A DNA stretch of 64,000 nucleotides from Candidatus Aenigmatarchaeota archaeon (GCA_016432325.1 CP066684.1:512001-576000); one strand, 5' to 3'; positions 1 through 10,045 are shown, counted from the stretch's first letter. A program made the numbers and translations. Notes: generated from the sequence alone by a model not told the origin.

Positions 1-252
1 AGGCAATACAGCGGCGGCGCCGGTATGTCCACGACTGGTGTATTGGCAATCGGTCCTGCAGACGACTACTTCGAACGCCTAGGATACAACACCACCAACC
101 TCCGATTCGCGAATGATCTGTTCGGGATTCCATTAAGATCTGGCCAAAACGGCTTGACAATCAATGGCATACGCCGCAAAGGGATCGAGTATTCTGAAGA
201 GGCGTTCGGCAAGTTCCTGAGGGCGAAACTCAGACCAATACAAGTAGCCTAA
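1..252 (+). CDS. hypothetical protein, 3' part (runs off window start)
   Basis: Frame 1 open from base 1 to the stop at 250-252; convergent with the ThiF gene. Confidence 0.5.
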   Translation, partial: RQYSGGAGMSTTGVLAIGPADDYFERLGYNTTNLRFANDLFGIPLRSGQNGLTINGIRRKGIEYSEEAFGKFLRAKLRPIQVA

Positions 253-1133
253 ACCCCGACAAACCTCGCCAGCCTCGAACGCGCCTCTTTTTCGTCTTTC
301 GCCTCTACGATTGCGCGGCCGCTCGCGAACAGTGAAATGCGCCGCGCGTCAGGCCAGACGTGCAACACGCCGTCGAACAGTTTCGTTTTGAATTTGCCTG
401 AAAGCGTCTTGTCAAGAGACGGCAAGTCCAATCGCTTGTTTAGCCTCATATGATACGCGTCTTTTGCGCACAGAGCGACAATAGTTTCTGTCCTCTCCAG
501 ATACTCGTACTTCTTTTGCGCGCACGCCGGGCAGTTCTTGCGCGGAGGAACGTCCGTCTTTGTTATCTCCTCGTGTGAAATGTCTATTAGGGTGCCGCCG
601 TTCGACCCCTTCAACGCATGCTCTGTCTGCAACGCCGCCACGCGCGACGCGGTCTCGTTGTCTATTCCAACGGTATCGCAGGTTTCGAGGGGTCCCGGCT
701 CCCGCGGAATCAAACATCTGAGGCACGGTTTCCCTTCCGGCGAAAAAGCCATCACGATGCCGCGGTCCTGCACTGCGCCTGCGTAAACCCAGAGCACGCC
801 GTTCGCCAAACAGTAGTCGTTCAGAAGAAAACGCGCCGCCATGTTGTCCGTGCAATCGAGAACGACATCCGGTTTCCCAAGAAGCCGGCCGATGCTGTTC
901 GCGTTTACGTCGTCGACGACGCCTTCTATTCCGAGCCGCTCGGCAACAACCAGCGCCTTTGCTTTTCCAACGTCGTTCTTATTGTACAACTTCTGGCGCT
1001 CCAGGTTTCTATCGTCGATGAAATCCCTGTCTATTACACGAACACTCGCGCCTGCTCTGGTTAGAAGCCCGGCCGTGCGCGTTCCTATGGCCCCCGCGCC
1101 AACAATAACGGCTTCTTTCCGCGTCTTTACCAC
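249..1133 (-). CDS. ThiF/MoeB/E1-like adenylyltransferase
   Basis: GAGAIG loop, DRD..NLERQ, DCTDN..R, CxxC pairs (CLRC, CPAC). Confidence 0.9.
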   Translation of the reverse strand: MVKTRKEAVIVGAGAIGTRTAGLLTRAGASVRVIDRDFIDDRNLERQKLYNKNDVGKAKALVVAERLGIEGVVDDVNANSIGRLLGKPDVVLDCTDNMAARFLLNDYCLANGVLWVYAGAVQDRGIVMAFSPEGKPCLRCLIPREPGPLETCDTVGIDNETASRVAALQTEHALKGSNGGTLIDISHEEITKTDVPPRKNCPACAQKKYEYLERTETIVALCAKDAYHMRLNKRLDLPSLDKTLSGKFKTKLFDGVLHVWPDARRISLFASGRAIVEAKDEKEARSRLARFVGV

Positions 1134-1180
1134 CAGCAGTGGTTATGACATGAAAGGCTTAAAGCCTTGCTGCGCGTAAG

Positions 1181-1495
1181 ATGCGTATGCCGATACTGTT
1201 GTTCCTGTTCGGCGCGATAGACATAATAGCCGCGATAATGCTGTGGCAGAGCGGCTGGTTCGGACCGTCGTGGACTCAGCTGGTTGGATGGGTGGTTCTC
1301 GTCAAGGGACTCTATTCAATCGGAACGTCCTATCTCAACAAGTTCTATTTCGATTTTCTTGGGTGGGCCGACGTGGCCGTAGCGGGCATAATACTCGCGG
1401 GCTGGGCAATACCATTCTTCTGGGCCGTTCCTCTGATAAAGGGAGGCTGGACCATGCTGAGCGTCTACGCGAACCGCCTTACAGGGCAGTCTTAA
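1181..1495 (+). CDS. small integral membrane protein
   Basis: 104 aa, several hydrophobic helices. Confidence 0.7.
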   Translation: MRMPILLFLFGAIDIIAAIMLWQSGWFGPSWTQLVGWVVLVKGLYSIGTSYLNKFYFDFLGWADVAVAGIILAGWAIPFFWAVPLIKGGWTMLSVYANRLTGQS

Positions 1496-1530
1496 TATAG
1501 TGGTTCGGCTCTTCTACACGCGGAGATGTT

Positions 1531-2649
1531 ATGGCAAGCATAGAAAATCTGATAGAGACGGTGGAGGCCGTCGCGCCGGATGCGCAGATACACACGTTTC
1601 TAAGCTCACTGCAGGCGCACGGGGCTGTTCCTGTGATAGACGGCAAGAAGATAATCGGAATGGTTTTCGTTGACGACGTCTCGAGGCGCGAGTATCCTGT
1701 AACCTCAAAAGCATCGACTGCAATGACAAGAGTCTCTTCGATAGACGCAAAGAGCGATGTCGTGGAAGCCGCCGCGGCTCTGATGAGACTGCGCGGAAGA
1801 GCGCTTCCTGTCACATCCGCAGGCTCCTACGTAGGCATTGTCGCCGAGACCGCGGTGATGCGTGCTGTTTCAGGCGTCAACAAGCGCGTCGAGGAAGTGA
1901 TGAACGAGCCTGTGACGATAACGGACGACGCGAATGTCGGCAAGGCCCGCTCCACGCTAAGGGACCAAGGCATAGGCAAGTTGCCCGTGGTTAACAGGAA
2001 CGGAGACCTCGTCGGCGTGGTGGACTGGCAGAACTTCGTCGTGCTTGAGAAACCGAAGGAGTCCATGGGCAGGCGCGACCAGAGGGGCGATTATCTCCAG
2101 GATTCTAAGATAGACGTCACAGCCGTGATGGACGAGTCGCCTCTGACAGTCGAACGCGGCACGAGCGTTGTGGACGCCGCGAAGAAGATGGATTCGAGAA
2201 AATGCACGTACGCGATTGTCGTTGATGGAAAAGCTCCCGTAGGAATCATTACGTGCGAGGACATTCTTGAACTGCTCGCCGCGCTCGTTCCGCGCGAGGG
2301 CGTGTACGTGCAGATAACGGGCGCCGAGGATCTCGATTCGTTCGACCGCGACAAACTGCATTCGAACGTCGATGAAACCGTAAGGAAGCTGGCGCGCATC
2401 TACGCCGGGATCGAATATTTTGTGCTTCGCCTGAAGAAACACGAAACTCAAGGAAGCAAGACGAAGTTTTCCGTTCAGGCGCGCCTTATGACTCCGGTAG
2501 GCGTGTTCCGCGCGCACGCGCACGGCTACGATCTGGCCGCGGTGACGGACAAGGCGATGGACAATCTCGAGCGCATCGTGAAGGAAGACCATTCAAAGAA
2601 AAAGAAGCAGATGAGAAAACGCTCGGAACGTGCGCAGAAGCGGCGCTAA
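1531..2649 (+). CDS. CBS-domain protein with C-terminal HPF/RaiA-like domain (probable ribosome hibernation factor)
   Basis: Four CBS repeats (LPVV...LVGVV, PVGIITCEDIL), then VQITG...AHGYDLAAVTDKAMDNLERIVK resembling HPF. Confidence 0.8.
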   Translation: MASIENLIETVEAVAPDAQIHTFLSSLQAHGAVPVIDGKKIIGMVFVDDVSRREYPVTSKASTAMTRVSSIDAKSDVVEAAAALMRLRGRALPVTSAGSYVGIVAETAVMRAVSGVNKRVEEVMNEPVTITDDANVGKARSTLRDQGIGKLPVVNRNGDLVGVVDWQNFVVLEKPKESMGRRDQRGDYLQDSKIDVTAVMDESPLTVERGTSVVDAAKKMDSRKCTYAIVVDGKAPVGIITCEDILELLAALVPREGVYVQITGAEDLDSFDRDKLHSNVDETVRKLARIYAGIEYFVLRLKKHETQGSKTKFSVQARLMTPVGVFRAHAHGYDLAAVTDKAMDNLERIVKEDHSKKKKQMRKRSERAQKRR

Positions 2650-2685
2650 GATTTCAGGTATTACGCGCCAATAGCGCAAAAGGTT

Positions 2686-3462
2686 CTAAGAGAATCCCAT
2701 CATCCACGTCTTGAACTTCTCGAAGAAGCCCGAGTGGCCGTTCGTGTACTGCTCTCCTGTCAGGGACGCGGCGAGCCTGACGAACTCCCTACTCGACGGG
2801 GCCGACGGCCTGTGGTTTACGACAGGCGATTTCTTGTGTATGGCTTCCTGCACGCCCACGTCTTCGGGCACGCGCGCGAGTATCGGCGTCTCCAGCATCT
2901 CTTTCACTTCGCGCTCGCTCAGCTGCGCGTGCTTCTTCTTCGCATCAACGCGGTTGAGTACGACGCCGAGGGTTTTCACGCCCAGCTCCTCGGCCAGTTT
3001 CTTTGTCTTCAGGGCATCCGTTACGGAAGGCAAATCGGGATTTGTAACAATCAACAGGTCGTCCGCGGCCTTCAGCGCGGCTATCGTCTCGTTTCCCAGT
3101 CCGGCCGCGCAGTCCAGAAGCACTATGTCCGTGTCGGCTGTGGCGTCCTGCAGCGCCTTCGAAACGCGTTTCGCGTCTGTGCCTTCCAAATCTTCCAGGG
3201 AAAGCGAGGCCGGCACGATTCTCATGCCGCTCTGGTGTATATACATCGCCTCGGTCAGGTACGCGTCGCCTCTAAGAACGTCGTGAAGCGTCACCGGATA
3301 AAGGGGGATTCCCAGATGGAGAGAAAGCGAGGGCGTGGTGAGGTTCGTGTCTACGAGCGTTACGTCCTTTCCAAGCTTCCGCAAAGCCAAACCTAGGTTG
3401 GCCACAGTGGTAGTCTTTCCAACGCCTCCCTTGCCGCCCGAAACGGCAATAATTCGTCCCAT
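2686..3462 (-). CDS. minD: MinD/ParA-family ATPase
   Basis: SGGKGGVGKTT deviant Walker A, DCAAG, C-terminal amphipathic GFFEKFKTWM. Confidence 0.9.
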   Translation of the reverse strand: MGRIIAVSGGKGGVGKTTTVANLGLALRKLGKDVTLVDTNLTTPSLSLHLGIPLYPVTLHDVLRGDAYLTEAMYIHQSGMRIVPASLSLEDLEGTDAKRVSKALQDATADTDIVLLDCAAGLGNETIAALKAADDLLIVTNPDLPSVTDALKTKKLAEELGVKTLGVVLNRVDAKKKHAQLSEREVKEMLETPILARVPEDVGVQEAIHKKSPVVNHRPSAPSSREFVRLAASLTGEQYTNGHSGFFEKFKTWMMGFS

Positions 3463-3583
3463 TTAATCGCCAGTTCTCCCGAAAACGCAGATCGGTGTAG
3501 TACCCTAACTACCTTTGGGAGCTATTTAAGCATTTACTGCGCCCAGAGCGCGGTAAATTTGTTTCTTGCGAGACGCGATAAAC

Positions 3584-3874
3584 TCAAAACCGCTGTTTTA
3601 GGCGTTCTCGAGGCAAATGTTCGGAGGCCCGCGCGGCTTCTGACACGGGTCTCTGTTCAGGGAACCAAGAATAAACGAACGTCTCCAGATCGGGCCTGTA
3701 TTTCAGGACGCTTTTCACGAAACCTGCGTCGTCCCTTACATGGGCCGTCTCTTCAACATCGCGAATGACGAGCCTTCTCTGCGTTTCTGTGAACTTCGGA
3801 AGGCGCGATGAACGCGCGCAGGCGTCAAGCTCCCCCAAAACGTTCGCATAATGACCCAGCCAGTCTTTTGGCAT
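3584..3874 (-). CDS. hypothetical protein
   Basis: 96-aa ORF with a TTTAAA box about 25-30 nt upstream. Confidence 0.5.
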   Translation of the reverse strand: MPKDWLGHYANVLGELDACARSSRLPKFTETQRRLVIRDVEETAHVRDDAGFVKSVLKYRPDLETFVYSWFPEQRPVSEAARASEHLPRERLKQRF

Positions 3875-3962
3875 TCATATGTTTGGGTGCAAAACGATTT
3901 AAATGGTGATGGCGGGCCTCTTGGAAAGACGCGCTTTCCAAAGGCCCGACCTTTGAAATTTA

Positions 3963-4274
3963 TGGCGGGCCTGGTGGGATTTTCCATCGTCGCGCCGGTG
4001 TACGGGAACGGAGTTCCCGACATGCCGGAAATGCCCGGCATTTCCGTGCACAGGCGGACTTTTCATGAAAGCTTTGGCGCGTATATCGAGCGAGCGCCGA
4101 TAGGCGCGAGCGCGCCAAAGGTTTCGAACCCACGGCTTCCAGATTGCTTCTTTCATTCGGGACAGTGCCCGTCAATGCTTCCAACGCATGCATTAGAAGT
4201 CTGGCACTCCATTAGCTCCGTTTTCGCCATGCGTTGCCGCCAGCGAAAAGGCGCCCAAGCTGAGTTACAGGCCC
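3963..4274 (-). tRNA. tRNA-Arg(UCU) with three introns (D-loop ~4254-4213; anticodon 37/38 4193-4145; T-loop ~4122-3980)
   Basis: Joined exons give GGGCCTG TA ACTC AGCTTGGATG GAGT G CCAGA CT-TCT-AA TCTGG AAGCC GTGGG TTCGAAT CCCAC CAGGCCC G CCA; bulge-helix-bulge (BHB)-like pairing at the junctions. Confidence 0.9.
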
Positions 4275-4328
4275 TTGGGTATCTTAGCATATTGACTAAA
4301 TAAAGAGGGTGTCTCTGGTGGTGCCTGC

Positions 4329-4397
4329 TCAGGCGAGGTCATATCCACTGTTCTGAAGTAGTGCCTTCGATCTTTTAACTTCTTTTATCTTGGCCAT
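4329..4397 (-). CDS. possible 22-aa peptide MAKIKEVKRSKALLQNSGYDLA
   Basis: ATG about 25-30 nt from a TTTAAATA box at ~4421-4428; divergent from the SagB pair. Confidence 0.25.
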   Translation of the reverse strand: MAKIKEVKRSKALLQNSGYDLA

Positions 4398-4474
4398 ACG
4401 GTTTCTTGCATCTGCTTCTATTTAAATATCTCATAACATCGTTTTGCATGCTAAGAAGCGGCTCCTTTCTTTGC

Positions 4475-5494
4475 ATGAGACTGGACGAGGGAGGCCGTCT
4501 CTTACTCGAAGATTTTATATCGAAAAGGGCGTTTCGCTGCACAGACCGACTCATAGACATGCTTGTCTTTTGCCATAGGCCGAGGAACATTGCCGAGATA
4601 CGTATTTTCATGAAAACCCAGCTCGGTTTACGCGGGGCCGAAGGAGAACAGTTTTTAAGAGAACTTATAGAGAAGGATATTATTCGGCCGGGAGCAAAAG
4701 ACGAAAGGGCTCTGAAAGCGTTCTCTATGTGGAAAGGATACAACTGGCGGGAGCCATTTCTGCACAATCTTTTGACAAGGGACTATCCGTTCGTTGAGCG
4801 CGGTGTTGGATACTCAGAAATGGACAAAGAGACAATGATAAACTACACCAAGAAGAGCAAAATGCCGAACGCATACAAAGAGTACAAAGGCGTCTTGAAA
4901 ATAAGGCTGCCTCCATGCTCTACTGAATTAGGAATGTTCCATGAAGCCATAGAGGGAAAACTATCTCGTAAATCGGAAAGGATGACGTTGACGTCCCTAT
5001 CAGATATTCTGTTCTATACGTTTGGAAAGGTAGCCGAACGTCAAACGCTGCCATGGGGGAAGTATATCTTGAAAACAAGCCCGTCGGGAGGCGCGAGGCA
5101 TCCCACGGAAGCATATGTCTATGCTTCCGAGGTAAGCGGTTTGAAGAAAGGAATCTACCACTATTCTGTGAAGGACCATGCTCTCGAGGTTTTGGATGGG
5201 GTAAGACGTGAGACACTGGAGGCCGCCATTCCAGAGACCACCAAGTCTGATACCAAAGCCATCGTCTTCCTAACTTCCCTTTTCGCAAGGAATATGTGGA
5301 GATACAGAGAACCTAGAACATTTCGTACACTATTCTTCGACGCGGGACATGTCATACAGACTCTACAACTGGTAACCGAATCGCGTGGTTTTGACGTCGA
5401 GTTACGTCAACCCTTCAGTACACAGAAGTTGGAATCCTGCCTTGGGCTTGATATGTATGCGGAGGGGGCAATCTCATATGCCGTCATTAAGTAA
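4475..5494 (+). CDS. SagB/ThcOx-family (nitroreductase-fold) dehydrogenase
   Basis: KTSPSGGARHPTEAY, GIYHYS, WRYR, DAGHVIQ; start uncertain (4406-4475). Confidence 0.9.
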   Translation: MRLDEGGRLLLEDFISKRAFRCTDRLIDMLVFCHRPRNIAEIRIFMKTQLGLRGAEGEQFLRELIEKDIIRPGAKDERALKAFSMWKGYNWREPFLHNLLTRDYPFVERGVGYSEMDKETMINYTKKSKMPNAYKEYKGVLKIRLPPCSTELGMFHEAIEGKLSRKSERMTLTSLSDILFYTFGKVAERQTLPWGKYILKTSPSGGARHPTEAYVYASEVSGLKKGIYHYSVKDHALEVLDGVRRETLEAAIPETTKSDTKAIVFLTSLFARNMWRYREPRTFRTLFFDAGHVIQTLQLVTESRGFDVELRQPFSTQKLESCLGLDMYAEGAISYAVIK

Positions 5495-6350
5495 ATATTC
5501 TGTTCTGTCGCGATTCTCGCGTCTTATGACGGTTGCGAACAAATGGTACCTGCGGGATCCGGTATCCAACCATGAGACCGAGGTGCCCATCAGATTGTTG
5601 AGGAGCACGATTGGTAAACTCAGCGCTGCCGGGAAGATTCCGCTGTCTACAAAAAGTCCACGAGACCGATGGATCGCACACGACTGGTTCCATTCTCTCC
5701 ACCTATATGCCGAGATGAGAGGAGGCTATCCCAATGGATCAAATGGAAATGATGGAGGCATCCGATTGTTTCCAAACAGACAGCGCGACAAGAATGTCGT
5801 TAGGTTGCCGTCTCCTAGGTTGCTACCTCTCATGGACACGGCAGATGTTCTATTAAAAAGACGAACGTGGAGGGCCTTTAAAGCGGATATGATAACATCT
5901 CGCGATCTGTCGGACGCCCTCTACTATGGCGCCAGACGCTATCCGCTCCGGTCACTCGACGTATACTTGATTATTTTGCGCGTAGACAACATACCACGAG
6001 GAGTATACCGTTATAATGCGGATGCGCACCTCTTGGAAACTGTGAGGGAAGGGGATTTCACGGATTCAATATACAACGCGAGCCAGAGACAATATGTAGA
6101 TAACTCAGCTGTCGTTTTCCTGATTTCCGCAGATTACAGCAGAGCAATGCGTGATAATAGAAATGCGGCCGCGTATTCAAATATTATGATTGACGCGGCC
6201 AGGCTGGCCCATCTCATTATTCTGACGGCTACTTGTCTAGGCCTAAAAAACTTTTTAACGCCTGCTATAAAGGAGAGTATAACAGACGACCTGTTGACCT
6301 TAGACGGCTGGTCTAAAGGCTCCCTGTACCTTGTCGCGATAGGCAGATGA
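5478..6350 (+). CDS. SagB/ThcOx-family nitroreductase-fold protein (divergent second copy)
   Basis: LLKRRTWRAF, GVYRYN, DAARLAH; lacks the PSGG loop; overlaps the upstream stop. Confidence 0.8.
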   Translation: MPSLSKYSVLSRFSRLMTVANKWYLRDPVSNHETEVPIRLLRSTIGKLSAAGKIPLSTKSPRDRWIAHDWFHSLHLYAEMRGGYPNGSNGNDGGIRLFPNRQRDKNVVRLPSPRLLPLMDTADVLLKRRTWRAFKADMITSRDLSDALYYGARRYPLRSLDVYLIILRVDNIPRGVYRYNADAHLLETVREGDFTDSIYNASQRQYVDNSAVVFLISADYSRAMRDNRNAAAYSNIMIDAARLAHLIILTATCLGLKNFLTPAIKESITDDLLTLDGWSKGSLYLVAIGR

Positions 6351-6506
6351 AAGGAAATATAAATAGAAATTGTTGTATCTGGAAGCATGCAGGCGAATCG
6401 CGTAACGGCCTCTATACGCGTTTCAGCTCTGATCATGCTCCTGTAGAAAGCAGCCGGTTATGCGGCCGTTCATATGTTATTAATTACTACCGTCTATGGT
6501 GTCCAT

Positions 6507-9314
6507 ATGGAATACGACTTCCGCGCGGTCGAGAAGAAGTGGCAGGAGAAGTGGGCCGACGCGCGCATATTCGAGCCGGGGGCAAAAGGCAAGAAGTTCC
6601 TCTTCACCGTTCCCTTTCCTTATACGTCCGGTCCTTTGCACGTGGGCCACGGACGAACTTTCACCATAGGGGATTTCATCGCCCGCTACAAGAGAAAGAT
6701 GGGGTTCAACGTCCTGTATCCGATGGCCTTCCACATGAGCGGCACTCCCGTCCTCGCGATTTCGCGCGCCATCGAGGCGGGAGACAAGAAGACGACGGAT
6801 CTCTATACGGATTACGTGAGCCTCTACGACCCGAAGAACGCCGGTTCGATTATTAAGAGCTTCAAAGACCCGTGGAACGTCGCCAATTTCTTCGCGTCTG
6901 TCATCGAGAAGGACTTCCGTTCTATCGGCTATTCGATAGACTGGACGCGCACGTTCAACTCCGGCGAGCCGATATACAACGCGTTCATCGAATGGCAGTA
7001 TCTGAGAATGCGCGAGAAGAACGTGATAACGAAAGGCTCGTATCCGATTCTGTACTCTCCTGACATGCAGAACGCCGTTGGCGAGGACGACATAAAGGAC
7101 GGGGACACGGATCCAGTGGATCTTCAGGAGTACACGGTCGTGAAGTTCAGGATGGGAGGCGACGTTCTTCCTGCCGCGACGCTCAGACCGGAGACGGTTT
7201 TCGGCGTCACCAATATCTGGGTAAATCCCGACGCGTCTTACGAGCGCGTGCGTGTAGCCGACGAAACATGGATACTGTCCAAGGAGGCCGCGGCGAAACT
7301 GCGCCATCAGAAAGAGAACGTCGGGCGCATCGGAGACGTCAAGGCCAAAGAACTGATCGGAAAGGAGGTTGAGATACTCGGACGAACGGTTCCCATACTG
7401 CCCGCGACGTTCGTGGACGCGGACCACGCCACAGGCGTCGTCTATTCCGTCCCGGCTCACGCACCTTACGATTATGCCGGACTCGTCGACTGTCAGAAGA
7501 AAGGGCTCGGTGTTGGCGTAAAGCCGATAAAGATTGTAGACATCGAAGGTTACGGCGATTGTCCTGCGGAAGAGGCGTGCAAAAAGTTCGGAGCAGGTAC
7601 GCAGGCCGACGAGCAGGCGCTTGACGAAGCGACTAACCAACTCTACAAGGACGAGTTCTACAAGGGCGCGTTAGGCAAGAAGTGCGGAGAGTTCGCAGGT
7701 CTCAAGATATCAGAGGTCAAAGATACTGTGAAAGCATGGATGCGCAAGAAAGGCAACGCCGACGTCTTCTACGAGCCGTCGCGCCGTGCCGTAACGCGCG
7801 ACGGCCGCGTCGTTATAGGCGCGGTTCTCCGCGACCAGTGGTTCCTCGACTACACTTCGAAAGAATGGAAAGAGAAGACAAAGAAGCTCGTCGACGGGAT
7901 GGATATCTATCCGGAAAAGTACAGGAAGTCCTTGCGGGATCTGATAGACTGGCTGGAAAAGAGGCCGTGCGCGCGCAGGCGCGGCATCGGCACGAAACTC
8001 CCGTGGGACAAGGAATGGACGATAGAAAGTCTCTCCGACTCGACGCTTTACATGGCCCTGTACACGGTAGCTCCTATAATCAGAAAGGAGGCGCGGCCCG
8101 AGCAGCTCGTTCCGGAAGTCTTTGATTTCATCTTTCTGGGCAAGGGCGCAGCAAAGGACGTTGCGAAGCAGAGCGGCGTCAAGGAGCGTGCGCTCAAGGA
8201 GATGCGCGAACAGTTCGAGTATTGGTATGCGGTGGACCAGAGACATACGACGCCGGCTCACCTGTCCAACCACCTGTCTTTCTACCTGTTGCATCACACG
8301 CTGCTCTTCCCGGAGAAGTACTGGCCCCGCGCGCAGACGCTCAACGAGATGCTTCTGGGCGTGGAAGGCCAGAAGATGTCAAAGTCTAAGGGAAACGTAA
8401 TCCCTCTTCTCGACGTCTCGCGGAAGTACAGCGCCGACCTGTTCAGGACCTACGTCCTTTCGGCGGCTGACATAGACACGACCATGGACTGGTGGGAGTC
8501 GATAGTCGCCTCGACGAAAGGGAAGCTCTACCAATTCGTCGAACTGATGGACGCGGTCTCAAAGGCCAAGCCCGCGAAGAAAACGGAAGGCGCGGACAGG
8601 TGGATGACCGGCCGGTTCTACCAGAGGCTGGCGCGCGCCAAGACCGCGGCAGAGACGTACAAGATACGCGCGTACGTCATCGAACTGTTCTATGATATGC
8701 TGACTGACATCGCCTACTACAGACGCCGTGTCGGGGACGAGCGAGCGATGCCGGTGATACGCACGTTCGCAGAAGACTGGCTGGTTGCTCTCGAACCTGT
8801 GATGCCTCACCAGGCCGAGGAGTTCTGGGAGCGGTTCGGCAACAAGCCGTTCGTTTCGCTCGCTAAGTGGCCGAAAGGAGGCGCGACGCTGGACAGGCGC
8901 GTCGAGCTGTCAGAGGATGTCGTGAAGCGCGTCCTCGAAGACGTCGCGGAAATCCGCAAGATAGCGGACATAGAGAAGCCTCGGCGCGTCGTTCTTTTCG
9001 TCGCGCCTGAGTGGAAGAGGCGCGTGTACGCGCTCGTTCGCGCAGGCAAGCAGCTGAAGGACGTGATGCAGGACGCTGAGCTTAAGAAGTTCGGCCAAGA
9101 TATCGCGAAGTATGTGCCCACGTTGCAGAAGCGCGTGCACGAATTGCAGGCTGACGTGCTCACAGAAGACGAGGAGTACGAAGCTCTGAAGAGCGCGGCC
9201 GAGTTCCTGCAAAAAGAAACCGGAGCGGCTGTCGAGATAGTGCGCGCGTCCGCGTCGAAAGAACAGAAGGCGCGCGCAGCGGACGTGCACAAGCCGGGGA
9301 TATTGATTGGGTGA
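6507..9314 (+). CDS. leuS: leucine--tRNA ligase (archaeal type)
   Basis: PFPYTSGPLHVGH, ATLRPET editing motif, KMSKS. Confidence 0.97.
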   Translation: MEYDFRAVEKKWQEKWADARIFEPGAKGKKFLFTVPFPYTSGPLHVGHGRTFTIGDFIARYKRKMGFNVLYPMAFHMSGTPVLAISRAIEAGDKKTTDLYTDYVSLYDPKNAGSIIKSFKDPWNVANFFASVIEKDFRSIGYSIDWTRTFNSGEPIYNAFIEWQYLRMREKNVITKGSYPILYSPDMQNAVGEDDIKDGDTDPVDLQEYTVVKFRMGGDVLPAATLRPETVFGVTNIWVNPDASYERVRVADETWILSKEAAAKLRHQKENVGRIGDVKAKELIGKEVEILGRTVPILPATFVDADHATGVVYSVPAHAPYDYAGLVDCQKKGLGVGVKPIKIVDIEGYGDCPAEEACKKFGAGTQADEQALDEATNQLYKDEFYKGALGKKCGEFAGLKISEVKDTVKAWMRKKGNADVFYEPSRRAVTRDGRVVIGAVLRDQWFLDYTSKEWKEKTKKLVDGMDIYPEKYRKSLRDLIDWLEKRPCARRRGIGTKLPWDKEWTIESLSDSTLYMALYTVAPIIRKEARPEQLVPEVFDFIFLGKGAAKDVAKQSGVKERALKEMREQFEYWYAVDQRHTTPAHLSNHLSFYLLHHTLLFPEKYWPRAQTLNEMLLGVEGQKMSKSKGNVIPLLDVSRKYSADLFRTYVLSAADIDTTMDWWESIVASTKGKLYQFVELMDAVSKAKPAKKTEGADRWMTGRFYQRLARAKTAAETYKIRAYVIELFYDMLTDIAYYRRRVGDERAMPVIRTFAEDWLVALEPVMPHQAEEFWERFGNKPFVSLAKWPKGGATLDRRVELSEDVVKRVLEDVAEIRKIADIEKPRRVVLFVAPEWKRRVYALVRAGKQLKDVMQDAELKKFGQDIAKYVPTLQKRVHELQADVLTEDEEYEALKSAAEFLQKETGAAVEIVRASASKEQKARAADVHKPGILIG

Positions 9315-9938
9315 TCAGGCTTCTATCATATCAGGATCCTTGTATGTGCATAGATGGTCCTTGCCTGCGAGTCCGGCAACGAATTTCTTTACTTTGGGGT
9401 CCATCCAGGACGCGGGCTCTTTGCCCACATGCTGCGACAGGAAAAACATCGCTTCGCATCCGAGCATGCGCCCGACATCCTGACTTCTCGGCGTGTAGTC
9501 CAGATCGAGTCTCTTCAGAGTTGGCCGTATGTCGTCGATGGGGGAGCCGACTTTCTTGCCAAGAATGGCATCGAACCTGTCCCAAGCCTCGCCGTCTGCT
9601 GTCCTCGCGATAGTCGCGTGTCTCGTATGCGGCCCGCTCTCTATTAGCTGCGTATGTGTTTCCATCGGCTCCTGCTCCTCGCGCGGAATCGTCGGATACA
9701 TAGAAACCTTGACATATCCCTTGCGCGTATCCCACACGTGCCACAGACGGGTGTTGTTGACAACAGAAGCGACATTTACGCCGTCGACGTTGACTCCTCT
9801 GGCCCACGATTGCGGAGGCTGCACGAGCACGCACTCGTCAAGAACGGCGCCTCTCTCCATATGAGTTCCGCGGTCTGCGACATATTTGGCGGTCAAGAAT
9901 ATGTTTCGATTCGCATAAACCTCAGTATTGACAGACAT
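9315..9938 (-). CDS. hypothetical protein
   Basis: 207-aa ORF; TATA-like box ~25 nt upstream. Confidence 0.6.
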   Translation of the reverse strand: MSVNTEVYANRNIFLTAKYVADRGTHMERGAVLDECVLVQPPQSWARGVNVDGVNVASVVNNTRLWHVWDTRKGYVKVSMYPTIPREEQEPMETHTQLIESGPHTRHATIARTADGEAWDRFDAILGKKVGSPIDDIRPTLKRLDLDYTPRSQDVGRMLGCEAMFFLSQHVGKEPASWMDPKVKKFVAGLAGKDHLCTYKDPDMIEA

Positions 9939-10045
9939 CGATTCCCTTTAAACGCAAAACTATTTAAGCGTGTATATGGAACTGAAAGCCATTCCCAAGC
10001 AGACAGACTATCGGCGATCTATGTCGGACGCAGGCGTTTTGGTCG

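Noticed and set aside
3736-4303. ORFs 3851..4303, 3899..4156, 3960..4193 and 3736..4041
   Set aside because: They overlap the intron-containing tRNA-Arg and show no protein motifs
4293-4397. TGA read-through (selenocysteine) of the 22-aa ORF
   Set aside because: No supporting context; genes in the window use TGA as a normal stop
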